From Phoronis australis (lineage: Eukaryota > Animalia > Phoronida), in the NCBI GenBank assembly GCA_002633005.1, contig NMRA01000011.1, positions 1,624,555-1,688,554 on the forward strand: a stretch of 64,000 nucleotides of DNA, read 5' to 3'. Below the pieces are notes generated by a model. That model saw nothing but the letters and a program-made list of their open reading frames with translations. It ran no database searches and was not told the origin of the DNA. Both the position numbers and the translations under genes were made by a program. Shown here piece after piece: positions 24,700 to 36,290 of this stretch (within the stretch, counting starts at the first letter, position 1; each line of letters begins with the position of its first letter).

Positions 24700-25640
24700 G
24701 GACTTTGAAATGTTAAAAATTGTCCTTTCCTGCCCCAATATCTCAACTGAAGTTAAATTTAAAACGACAAAATGACAATCAGTGTTTAGATTCGCCTTAG
24801 TTCTACAAAAAAGTATAAAAAGTATAGTCAATAACCCTTCATCAAAGCTTATTGTTCAAAAGAAGTTTGAAGATGTAAGATACATTTTGCTCCTTGTAAG
24901 TTTTACAAAATCGGTCTTTTAAGTACAACATGCGCGCACCCAGGCACCCAGGGGGGGGCTCGGGGGGATCGAATGAGCCCCCCCCATTTGGCGAAGTGGA
25001 CAAAAGGTGCGCCTCAGAAAAACAAAAGGTCCAAGAAAGTGAGACAAAAGTCCACTAAAAGATGCGCAGTTCACAGTTCTGAAGGTGGTACCCCGTTTCT
25101 TTAGTCCTCCAGCTTTTTTGTTATCAAAAGGTCCACTTCGTGAGAAATTCGAATCCCCCAAACTAAAGGCTGGGTGCGCGCATGTATACACGAGAGAAAA
25201 CTATGCTAATTCAGTTCAATACAAAGTGCTGCATAGGACCTTTCCTAAAAACGCTTAGTTATCTATGTTGATTCTGATTCGTGTTCTGTCTGTATGAACG
25301 AATGTGAGACAATCGAACAGTTATTTGTAGGCTGTTGCGTCACGCGCTCTTTTTGGCGCGACATTGAGAGCCTGTTATCAGCAAAGGTCGACTCCGAACT
25401 CCATTTGGAAAAAAGACATTTTTAGAGTCCCGTTTAGAAAAGAGAACATAGTATTCCATAGGTTTCTATTGCATGCGAAATATTACATATACATTTCAAA
25501 AATTAAAAAGAATCCCTTAACTTTAAAGGTTTTTCTTAATTATTTGAAAACAAGTTTATTGCTGAGAAGTAAAATCATAAATCCAAATAACTCCAGGATT
25601 TCTGGAAATCGTGGTAGTCTTTCTTTGCTGACTACGTAAT
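24700..25640 (+). mobile_element. L1/Tx1-clade LINE ORF2 3' fragment (zf-RVT region), interrupted by a MITE
   Basis: QYKVLHRTFPKN..DSDSCSVCMNECETIEQLFVGCCVTRSFWRDIE..FLLHAKYYIYISK..FLNYLK fits the CxxC-ETxxHLFxxC-FW and AKYYIY signature; stops and frameshifts present. The 5' boundary is approximate. Confidence 0.78.
24929..25184. mobile_element. MITE family C, copy 1
   Basis: Perfect 15-bp TIR CATGCGCGCACCCAG; internal aaaaggtcca repeats; sits in the Tx1 fragment. Confidence 0.88.
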
Positions 25641-26779
25641 CCATTCACTGATACATGAAGACTTTTAAGTCTGAGAGGGTCCTGCACTGGGTGACTGACG
25701 TGTGTACTGTGCATCATATATAATCAACTGCCTTAACACTGTCGCTCACATTCTTGTGATGTTATATTTGAATGTCATTGCCTCAACACTATTGTTAACT
25801 GTTTGTAATGTTATGTTTGAAGAGTAAATCGTAAAAAGGCCCCTGAATACTGTTCAGTCAAAATTAGCGTCAGTTTCAAATCACTGCCTATGAGCGCCGG
25901 CTTTTTTCTAGTTTCGTAAAGAATAAAAACGTGTTGATTGCTTTTCTTTGCAATGCCTGCAGATCACATTTACAATATGTCACAAATAACACTGTAGACG
26001 AACACATTTTTACTATACATTTACTCGGACTATATTACTCCCAGATATTTATCGTGCTGAGACCCGCACGATGGAAAGATCAACCGGCCAAAACTGTTAC
26101 CTCTACCAATCGCCTTCGGCTTTGCGTTGACTAATATCCGGGCATGCGCAATCGTTAAACCGATTTGACTGCAACTCCGCTATATTGTCATGATTGGATT
26201 GCGCAATGAAAAGCTGCTAGGCAAATGAATACTTTGTTAAACTGACGTTAGTCCTATCACCTTGGTTTTCAATTCCAAACATTGCATTGGTACACGTGAT
26301 TCCTAGCAACTACATGTAATTATTTCGGAGGTGTTGGTGTAAGCTTTTATGCAATTCTTGTTTATTTCAGACCATTATGTGGTTGACATGTTGATATTAT
26401 GCGAAACTTGACTTTACAAATCGACAACTTCACCTAAAGGATTACAATAACCTCTTTCTAGATCACGACCACTCTAACATAACGACTATCAAAAATTACC
26501 ACGCATTTTCAGTTATTTTTCTCTCTAGCAAGTACATGTACGACCTGTATACTCTTACTGAAGTAGAGTAGACGTTGTACTGTAATTTTGTATTACGTTA
26601 ATAGTAGTCTGGCGTGCGAGGTCCAAGTAAACGTTCTTCGTTTGGTCATTTGATTGTCGTATTTTGATTTCTTAGGTCAGCATAATTTTGTCAGTTGGGC
26701 TTGAGATCAATTAAAAAAGGTGATGGGGAAGAAAATAAACGGTCGCTGCATGAATATGTGTAAAACGATTACTCCGAGT

Positions 26780-26996
26780 CATGCGCGCACCCGGGGTGGG
26801 GGGCTCGGGGCGAAGTTGGCAAAAAGGTCCACCTCAAAGAAACAAAAAGTCCGAGAAAACATGACAAAAGTGCACTAAAATGACGCAGACGCACAGTTCT
26901 GAAGGTGGTACCCCGAGCTTTTCTTTTTTTTTTAGTCCTCACAATGTTTTGTCAGCAAAAGTCCACATCGACACAAATTTGAGCCCCCCCATTTTC
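26780..26996. mobile_element. MITE family C, copy 2 (right TIR lost)
   Basis: Shares CATGCGCGCACCC and cacagttctgaaggtggtaccccg with 24929-25184. Confidence 0.82.
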
Positions 26997-27419
26997 GAGT
27001 TGGAGAGCTTCGAGTGGAGAGACTGAGATACGTGAGCTTGTGTTTATCTTCATTGGTCAATTGGTAAGTGTAGAGAATAGCTACGAGCACACAATATTTA
27101 GTACGCACTTGTACACTGGGGTTTATTTTTTAAAGAAGCGATCGACAATAATAAGATACATTCTGAAAATTCAAAACCGTGAATGATCCAACACTTAAAA
27201 TAACTAGCCCAACGGCCATGCTTCATCTCCTCGCAAGACTCGGACAGATTTCGATCAAAAGTTACATGCCTGCAAGTGGTTCTCGCAGAGTGGCAGTTGA
27301 TTTCGTTTTTTTCAGTGTCCGTTTATCTTCAATTATAAACCGTCCGTCTCACCTCAGGATAATGAGCGCCAGTTGTTTACGCGCGCCAAAGATTCTTTCC
27401 CACGAGAATTTGCCCTTCA

Positions 27420-28989
27420 AACATTTTATAAGATGAACATTTATTATTCTTTTTTCAATGGAAGAGAAACGAGACGGTATTAAAGGCTGTTATAAACACC
27501 AAGATAAGAACAACTAAAAGTATTTCGTGTCAAACTGTTTATGTACAAGTGGAGAAATAAATTGATCATCTTTCACACCAAAACATATTTTAAACCCTGA
27601 AACCAGTCCGCTGAAAGAACCGGTGATCACTCAACTCGTCACTGGTTTATAACTTGACTAAAACAACAATGTAATATACGTAATAAGCTAAAGAACTTAG
27701 TGTAACCGACTTAGATAGCGTACTTGTAAACCAGGATATATTGGGATACTGCATGATAAATACCAAAATATCTTCAAATAAAGTGTAACACTGTAGAGAA
27801 AACATGACAATACGTACTGTTTTTTTACATTTAACTTAAACAAAGAACAATACACAGCGATAAATATGTAGCAAGTTCTCTGAAAGCGGTATCTTGCAAG
27901 AATTACCCGGATCTCCATTCTTATTACATGCATTTTAATTAAACCTTAATCTGCACTTTTACTCAAATATGTGTGAACTAAGGTTAAAAACAATGCAAAC
28001 ATCATGAATCTGTGATTGTCAAACCCAGACATCCTACAACTGTTGTATATACGAAAAGCTTTTATATCTATTTACATTTATTTACAATAATCGACACCAT
28101 GGAAACATGGCGGAGGGATCAGATCTTTAGTCAAATACCATGTTGTGTTTGTCTAATTAAGTGCGTTTTAACGCAGAGCATGGCAAGTTAGAACGTCTAC
28201 GTGAGGTAATAGAAACCACCCTATGCTACCCTTTTCTCGTCTTCTTATTATCATTATTATAATCATAAGTTGTGGTGGTGGCGGTAGTAGTACATGTTAG
28301 TAATAGGAAAGGAATCTCGCGTTTTATCTTTCCGAATCGAATGCTTGGTTCACGAAGGGCGTGAATCGGGTAATTCCGTTTTTTTTAATAATTTCAAATA
28401 CAGAATCAGTTGCGTAAGTGTTAGCAAACTTCGTTAGTTCCCAGCGTTTATAGATAATCATATATATATATGCGTAATACACATGTAACTGTGACATTAA
28501 ACATGTTATTGTTTAGGTACATCGACACTTACCGGCTACTGATTTGAGATACACCAACTGGCGTTCACAAATGTGAACTTGTATAATGAAAAAAATCTGA
28601 GTCTGTCTGACTTGTGAAGAATTCGCCGCAAACGTAATCTCTCAACACCCTATTAATAACTGAGCAATAAAGCGTTTTGACTTGATTTTCTCACAGAAAT
28701 CGTCAGCCATTAATACTATTTGCTAACAGTTGTCATCACTGGAATTCTCAACTGTTTGAAATATCTTATCAATAGTTGTTATTTTAAACGTGCTATCAGT
28801 AGAAAACGCAACGATTTATGTTGACTGAAATGTCTATTTACTACTTTATCAGATACTTTTCTCGCGTGACAAGTCTAACAGGTTTAAAGTTCTGAGTTAT
28901 GGGTAGACTTCAAATTTCTTAGTTATTACGAAGAAAGTAAAAAGTTGCCAATTGGACAATTTTTCAAATGAAGCTGACCTCCAAAATAT
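27420..28989 (-). other. Probable Osr 3'UTR (end uncertain)
   Basis: AT-rich and repeat-poor. Minus-strand AATAAA at 28994-28989 (overlapping the stop), 28082-28077 and 27445-27440; UGUAHAUA elements present. Confidence 0.45.
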
Positions 28990-29277
28990 TTATTGCACCT
29001 TGACGAGTAGTGAATCTGGCATTACGGTAAATGAACCCTCGGGATTGGAGGTTAGACCGGAAGTTGGCGCCATAATAGTCGGCTTGTCGTCTGCTGCCGG
29101 TGAGAATAGTCCGCAGTGCGTGTGACTGTGACGCCGAAGGTCACAGTTTCGCCGGAAAACCTTGCCACAGTTGTCACAGTTATACGGTTTGATATCCGTG
29201 TGGGTTAACAGGTGCGTTTTCAGGTTGCTTCTTTGGTTAAAGGTTCGCCGGCAGGTGGGGCACTTGTGAGGTGGATC
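28990..29277 (-). CDS. Osr: Osr last coding exon, zinc fingers 4-5 and C-terminal tail (DPPHKCPTCRRTFNQRSNLKTHLLTH...LLVKVQ*)
   Basis: Polypyrimidine tract plus cag|GAT acceptor, 288 nt, TAA at 28992-28990. The six exons sum to 1155 nt = 384 aa + stop. Confidence 0.96.
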   Translation of the reverse strand, partial: DPPHKCPTCRRTFNQRSNLKTHLLTHTDIKPYNCDNCGKVFRRNCDLRRHSHTHCGLFSPAADDKPTIMAPTSGLTSNPEGSFTVMPDSLLVKVQ

Positions 29278-30988
29278 CTGAATAAAGAATAAAAACAGAA
29301 ATACAGTTATCACCCACAATCTTGACAGTACGTTGCACGAATGATTTTTCGATACCTGGAATGACTAGTCGTAAGGCAAATTTCCAATTTAAGATGTCGA
29401 AAAGTTTCGGATTTAAGACTAAATCTTCATCAGTTCAACTATATCGCAAGACAATAAACCCAATAGTTGTCGGCATTTATCAATGCTATCGCAGACTTCT
29501 CGAATTGCACATCCAGAAATGTGCCTCTTGTCACTATAAACAGTGTCAAGTAAGCTAAAAGAGCCAAACGAAATTTATCTGCGAAAGAATTGATTACTCA
29601 GATGCAAAATTATCTGGTCGATTGTCAAACGTCTTGAAGATAACGAACCCAATTCTTCGTAATTGAAACACCAAAATACCCGCAAAAAGTCGTTTTGTAT
29701 GACAAATTAAGTGCGCAATTTATTCCTCATTAAATTTCAAACATATGTTGTCTGCGTTGTCAAAATGTTCTACTTTTTCAAAGTCCAGGTGCGAGGCCGT
29801 TGTTCGGAGTCCTAGACGACATTTGACATTATTCAAAACGCGCTGGATGTTGTGTCTAGAAAACAAACACGTTTTGAAGTGATGATAACATTTGTTCTGA
29901 TGGTTATTTATTTTGCTGGATTGATCAAAGGTCAACACTTTGTTTGTGGTGAACACATTAACGCCCGTGATAAAAATGGCTTTTGCTACTGAGAAAGTTG
30001 TCCTCGGTTACTCCTGGTGGCAGGTGTGTTGCCGAGGAGCAACTCTCACTGACTGGGTAAAGGTGCGTTTAGTCCACCGTACAAGAAAGATTAATTTGTT
30101 AAAAGCTCGTAATATGGAGTTGATTTTCTTAATACGGTCATTTAGTATCATGGTTTTTCATTTGACGGGATATTTACAGCAATCAAAATCTGCAAAATAA
30201 ATCAACAAACAGGTGTATACCAAGTTATCAAAAACTTTTGAAAACTGTTACAATTACGAGACAAGAAACAGTATCGCAGGCTTTGAAGACCAGAAATGAA
30301 CCGCAGCAAATCACTGAAATGGTTACCCAGTCTTTTAAAGAACAAAAAATTATAAATAACTAAATCACAATTCCTGACATTTCATCATTCTTTGATTCCC
30401 TTTTCAACAAGAATATTTGGTCGTCATCAAACACCAATCGGATGTTTTAGCCGGTTGACCCGGCAGAACCAACGAAGTCAATCAAGTGCAGCCGGTGTCA
30501 CCAAACTTCAGTTTTGTTTAAAAGCCATTTCATAAACGCTTTAAATACTGCATGCATAAAGATGGGGCTCATTCTACCTTTCCTCGGGGGGGCACTTTTG
30601 CAAAAAACAGAAGAACTAGCTTCCGAGATTACGCTTCTTATTTTCTGAAATCGAACAATCGCCACCTTCTTCAAACGCTTTGCATGGAAAAATAAACTCG
30701 GTGTTGCGTATGAACTGGAACTAAATTCACCTAGGTCATTTAATTTTTGACAAAAATACTGTACTTTTATAATATATTTCTAATGAGCAGAGGTTCCGTG
30801 AGACAGAAGCTGTCATGAGCTAATTTACGAATAATAATAATAATAAGACCAACTCTGTACTAAGTAAGCGAAATGCTGCACACGGTGGGTGAGTTCACAG
30901 ACGCCAAAGACTTTTTCTTATTTTCAAAGTCGTCAGTAGCACTGTCAACTACCCAAAATACAGATTAGTGCTCCTTTTCAAAAGTTTA

Positions 30989-31237
<249 letters not shown>

Positions 31238-32802
31238 TCATTAAACTGATGTTATGTCGTGCTAGTCCGCACTAATTGTATAGTAACAGCGGCACTTCTT
31301 GATAAAATTTGGGTAAATTTCGCGGATAAGGGAGGATCGAAAATTACGGCGACCGTGGTAGGGGGTGAAAAATGTGATGGCAACAATATTACCAGGGCCC
31401 GCAGATTTCATATGACTTGCAGCCTTGGAATAAACTTATTAATAACCTGACACATAAGCAACGATTCCCAGAAATTTGAAACCCGGCGAACTGCGAGACA
31501 CGTAAGACTAGGGAGTAGTAGTTTGGCCCCATTTTCTCTCGTGCACGTGACCATAAGCCACGTGTTTGGTTTCCCTTTCCAGGGATTTTTATCCCCTACA
31601 GTAGGACTACAAGTGTGTGCGCGGCCGCGTTATAATTCGTTCAATTTTAAATAAACGTTACATCTCGTTAATGAAAAGAGAAATTTATGAATTCTACTCT
31701 CAGGCAAGAATTTAATTTATTAGCGTATCGCTAGAGTCAGTAGCCTGCTTCACATAATTTACTATGAAATGATTGAATTAATGGCAATTTCCATTGTATA
31801 TTATCTAAGGTGTGGGGTGTTCGCACGGCGTTTGGTGAAATCTGGAGCAGATGTTCCTGGAAATATGGCGGCGTATTTGCAACAGAAGACAGGAAAGGCA
31901 TCTAAGCGAAATATGTTCTACGAAAATCTTAGCACCTTAAAAATTAATTGTTTGCAACTAGGCAATGTTTGTTATTGTTCTCAAACCAAGTATCAGGATA
32001 CTGTAGAATTGAATAGTCAGTCGACTGCATCAACCAGCTGCACGCACTTTGCTGAGATTATATTAACAATTATATACCAAATTTTGATCATTCCATTCGC
32101 GAACCCAGCCTAAAAAATGGGGGCTCGAATACTTGAAAATATGGACTTTTTTAAGATTCACGGGATTCATTCAGAGATATGAATTTTGCATTCGCCGATT
32201 ATTTGGTAGTTCTTTCTTTTTTAGTGGACTTTTGTCTCGTTTTCTACTTTCTATGGAGTTCTTGTTTCTATGAGGCAGACCTTTTCGTCCACTTTGCCAA
32301 ATGGGGGGATCGTTCGGTATCATCCTGCACATTCAAATTGCATTGTACGTCAGTTACAACTACTGACGTCAAATTATCCATGAATAGTGTGTAAACATGG
32401 GTAAGGAATTGACAGAGGGTATGTGGTAAACGTGTCCGATGTTGTGGCACACAGTTCATTGACACTTCACAAGTGAATTTAAATAAATTGATTTTAATAA
32501 CAATCTTTTAGTTACCCAGCTGCAAGTGAACAGGTTTCGGTGTCGAAACTGGTTCTAGGAGTTTGGAAAATACATGAAAAACGTTTTCGTTCATCATCGC
32601 GACTTTCACACATCATTGCTTTCTGCATACTCTGTTGAAAAATTTTATATGGCTCATCTTTACTGTAACCTATTCACCATCACGTCTTCCATTGCATTTG
32701 CTAGTGAGTAGCACGGTTAACCCCGGTATTTTCATGTTTTACATATTTGCAGTGGCAAAGGAGAGATTTCTAAAATGCAACGCGACTGGAATTTTACGGC
32801 AA

Positions 32803-32918
32803 CAGCGCGACTACTGCACGCAGCCGCAGCGTGACTACTGCACCAGCGGCAGCGCGACTACTGCACGCAGCCGCAGCGCGACTACTGCACGTAGCCGAGC
32901 GACTACTGCACGCGGCCG
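32803..32918. repeat. 24-bp GC-rich minisatellite x5 in Osr intron 4
   Basis: cagcgcgactactgcacgcagccg units. Confidence 0.92.
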
Positions 32919-33194
32919 TTTAACGCTTGGTAACAGTTTCTCACAATTTTCAAGGTTAACAGTGACAAACAGATAAAAAATGACATGTGGTGTTATCTAT
33001 GAGACTACAAGTAGCACATCGTACAAACCTATTTTCAGTTCATGAATGGTAGAAATACTCTGACCTTCACCGAGGTCGAAAAGGGCATGACGCCATTTTA
33101 ACATTTCTTGTAGCCATCTGGTCGAAAAAAGTATCTCGAGCATGAGATGACAATGCGATATCCGAGAAAATGCGATTTTTCTTAGATGAAAAAA

Positions 33195-33259
33195 CTAAGA
33201 ACTGACCCAATACAACCACAAACAAATCTAAGAACTGACCCAATACAACCACAAACAAA
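33195..33259. repeat. 33-bp-period tandem duplication (32 nt identical)
   Basis: ctaagaactgacccaatacaaccacaaacaaa at 33195 and 33228. Confidence 0.92.
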
Positions 33260-33425
33260 AAGAACCTAGGTGAACATTTGATTAAATAATAATATCTAGT
33301 CATCCATAAGACGTTGAACTACTTGGTCATTGTTAACTCCACTATAACCTTTCAAAAATAATACTACCCGGAAAGTTTTCGTTGTAATCTCCAAAATGGC
33401 AAATAAAAGTGGCGCAATGTCTCAC

Positions 33426-33659
33426 CTGTGGTCTCTCAAATGATCCTGTCTGCGGAATGCTTTATGGCAGATGTCGCATGAGTAAGGCCTTTCGTCCGTG
33501 TGTGTACGCTCATGGATCAGCAAATTGTAGCTTTTTGTAAAATGGCGGCCACAGTACTTGCAGATGAATTCTTTCTTGGTGCGCGTCGGCCCTCTTCCCC
33601 GCGGCTTCTTCTCTTTCTCAGCAGGTGGCGTGTAAAAGCCATTCGTCAGTGAATCGTAC
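33426..33659 (-). CDS. Osr: Osr coding exon 4, zinc fingers 1-2 ([52 protein letters not shown])
   Basis: Hand translation, absent from the ORF track. Acceptor gttgaag|G, donor AG|gtgag, 234 nt. The finger sequence is diagnostic of the odd-skipped family. Confidence 0.97.
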
Positions 33660-34572
33660 CTTCAACATAAAATTTCCGTTAACACAAGACCTCGACGAAT
33701 AACAGCATGAAATTTTGAAAATTGAATTAGATATGTTGGAGCGAGTATACGTGATCAAAAATAACATCGTGTAGGTCACGCTAATTTGAATTTTAAGATT
33801 GCTTCATTTTCAAACCGACTTTTCGGCAAACAAAAGCCACAACCTGGAACCTATAAAGGGCTTAGAGGTCCCCGCTCCGATTACGGAATCGACTAAAAAA
33901 ACGACGCCGTCCTGCCGTTTGGGTTTAACACAGATATTTTGGACCACACGAAAAACTGTGGTTGAGTGGTCTTTGCTACATCCTAGATTGGCCACTGATA
34001 ATTACCGTCATTGTTGAATTATTAACCGAAGCGCTTCTCGTTTAAAAACTTCACCACACTAATACTCATCGGATATTGAATTATTATGTAATGAGCCGGC
34101 CACTCAAGTCACAGACAATGCATACACGCGCATCCGAATTCGAAATGTTAGAGTTGGACAACCCCAATAAATTATGGAGCGTTTTCTTCAGTTGCTAATG
34201 GATTCGATGTTCTCGTTGGTAACGGATATAGAATGTTGTCACAGTAATGAATAATACGAGACCTATGGTTCGAGAGCAAAGGACCCAATTGGAATTTGTT
34301 TTAAGCCAGCTAAAAAGGACGAAATGCAGTTTTAAATAAAAGGAACATGATTGTCGCTGAATTTGTAAAATTTACTGGATTTTTGTACAAGGACGAAATA
34401 TTTCACTAATTTCACTGTCGGTGAGTTGCCGTTTTGCTGCCAACAACTTTCACTGTATGGCAACTTAAGTGCTCTTTAATATATCTCTTGATTTATGGTT
34501 ATGGTTTCGCCTAATTGTCCAAACTTCATAGCGTGTTTATTAGTGTAAACTATAGATCCACAAAGAACTTAC

Positions 34573-34726
34573 CTAAAGCCGTTAGCAATCTGTGCTAACG
34601 CGTGGCTTGTGATTTGTGCTACTTTATTTTTCTCTTCGTCCGATCGGTTCAGATGTTGGTATTCTTGCGTGGCCGCCTCGGCCAAGTGAGCAAAATCGAA
34701 TTTTGGCTTCGCTTTTTCAGCATCTC
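34573..34726 (-). CDS. Osr: Osr coding exon 3 with the KPKFDFAHLAEAATQE motif
   Basis: Acceptor tttgtag|GA, donor AG|gtaagt, 154 nt. The motif matches the KPRFDFANLA-type segment of vertebrate Osr1/Osr2. Confidence 0.93.
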
Positions 34727-35268
34727 CTACAAAACAACGTTTATTCATCAATGTGTGCATTTACCGCTGTTTTTAAGTAGCACTTCAATCGCTAATAGTA
34801 CTACTCGTTCTCCCGAGTTACTTTGAACGTTCATAATTAAAGTTTAAGAGCTGTGCTTCGGTCTAGGCAGTGTGGTTTGCAGTCAAAGTGGCCAGTCGCA
34901 ATATGACGACTTCGCTGTGCGTGTCCGATGCGAGCACACGGAGTTTATTCATTTGACATTCAGGAATTCGCTGACGTTAGTAATTGACCGTTACCATAAA
35001 TTCCTTGATATTTGACGTCAGTACCTTCTGCCATCCGCCCGTAAAATTATTTTTTATTCGTCAAGAATTTTGAACGTACGAATGGAGTAATTCATTAAGG
35101 AACCGTCACATTATGACTTAATGTCTCAGTATATTCAAATGTACGAGAAATGTTTCCGCTTGCTTAGAATACGTCGTTCGTTTGGTTGTGTACTTGAATT
35201 CGCACGCTCCATCCGAAATTATTAAATTTAGCATGAGAAGGGTTTACGTTAGTTTCTTCAACTCATCA

Positions 35269-35500
35269 TAGTGTGACGGCGCCTTTACATTTGTTTCTTG
35301 AATTAGCTTAAGTGCGACGCCACCTTTTGCGTTCGTTTCTTGAACAACAGCGTTTTTTTAACTATAGTGTGACGGTGCCGTTACTTTCGTTTCTTGTATT
35401 CGTAGTAGTGTGACTCTCTTTCACATTCTTCTCTTGATTACGACGTATGGTGAGGGCGCCTTTACGTTCGTTTCATGAATTTGTTATAATGTGACGAACC
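35269..35500. repeat. ~41-bp degenerate minisatellite in Osr intron 2
   Basis: tagtgtgacggcgcctttac.ttcgtttcttgaa-like units, about 5. Confidence 0.8.
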
Positions 35501-35620
35501 GTTTGAGCAGCTGATGACAACTTTGGTTTGCATTAAAAATGAGGTAACAAAAGCAAAGTTATCTAGTTTGCGTATGTTTTGGAAATGTCAGTTAAAAACG
35601 TAAAAATATAAAAAGCTTAC

Positions 35621-35974
35621 CATCATCACTCTGCTTACGATCTGGAATCTTCGGGTAGTGTACTCTCAGATCCTCGGCTTGTGTTTGTGGGTTTGGGGTT
35701 TCTGCGACTCCGCGAATTGGTGGCGTCGCGGCGGCGTATGGGAACATGTATGGGTAAGACCACGCATTCAGCGTCAAAGAATTCAGCGTGTACGACGTCA
35801 TTGGAAATTGGAGCCTGCTGGGATAGGTGTGGTGAGTGTGTGCCGCGGGTGCTGATGGATAGACGGGCACAGGAGAGACAAGGCCGTGAAAAGAGCGAGC
35901 AGTAGCCATGTAGGAGCTCAGCGCATCAGGGGGTGTCATCGGCGGCGTCGGTGGAATCTTTTCTTTTCTCAGAT
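35621..35974 (-). CDS. Osr: Osr coding exon 2 (DLRKEKIPPTPPMTPPD...KQSDD-G), Pro/Ser/Tyr-rich N-terminal region
   Basis: Acceptor ttttcatttag|AT, donor G|gtaagc, 354 nt, phase 1 to phase 1; overlaps ORF 35592..35939. Confidence 0.88.
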
Positions 35975-36235
35975 CTAAATGAAAATGTCAAAGTCATAAA
36001 TTTTGTACCATATAAGCCGAATCAATTTGAAAACATATGATGGAAAACCAAACGGTAGAATACGAAACAACTGCAACATCCCAAATTGAAAGAAGTACGA
36101 ACAAAACTCGTGATACATCCTCGTCTGCCTATATAGATGCTTTCCCAAGGTCGACGCAAGTCATTCGAACGCGTTTCACATAACGTCTTGGAAAATGGAT
36201 AATGCCACCGAAATGCTACTTTTTATGAAGAAAAA

Positions 36236-36290
36236 CACGTGATCGAAACAGCTGGATATATAGCACGTGACAATGAAAAGAAGGGCCAAT
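36236..36290 (-). promoter_or_regulatory. Promoter/enhancer-like motif cluster near the 3' end of Osr intron 1
   Basis: CACGTG 36236-36241 and 36264-36269, CAGCTG 36249-36254, TATATA 36257-36262, CCAAT 36286-36290. Confidence 0.3.

Noticed and set aside
28013-28034. TGATTGTCAAAC as a miR-219 gene
   Set aside because: Only the 5' part matches and no hairpin partner is evident; treated as a target site on the opposite strand.
29185-29205. Osr2B-type alternative acceptor inside the last exon
   Set aside because: The sequence before DIKPY is CACACGG|AT, with no AG at the position I recall vertebrate Osr2B using.
32803-32918. Regularly repeated 24-mers (and the 51-bp array at 3200-3460) as CRISPR-like arrays
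   Set aside because: Head-to-tail units with no unique spacers, eukaryotic context, no cas genes.
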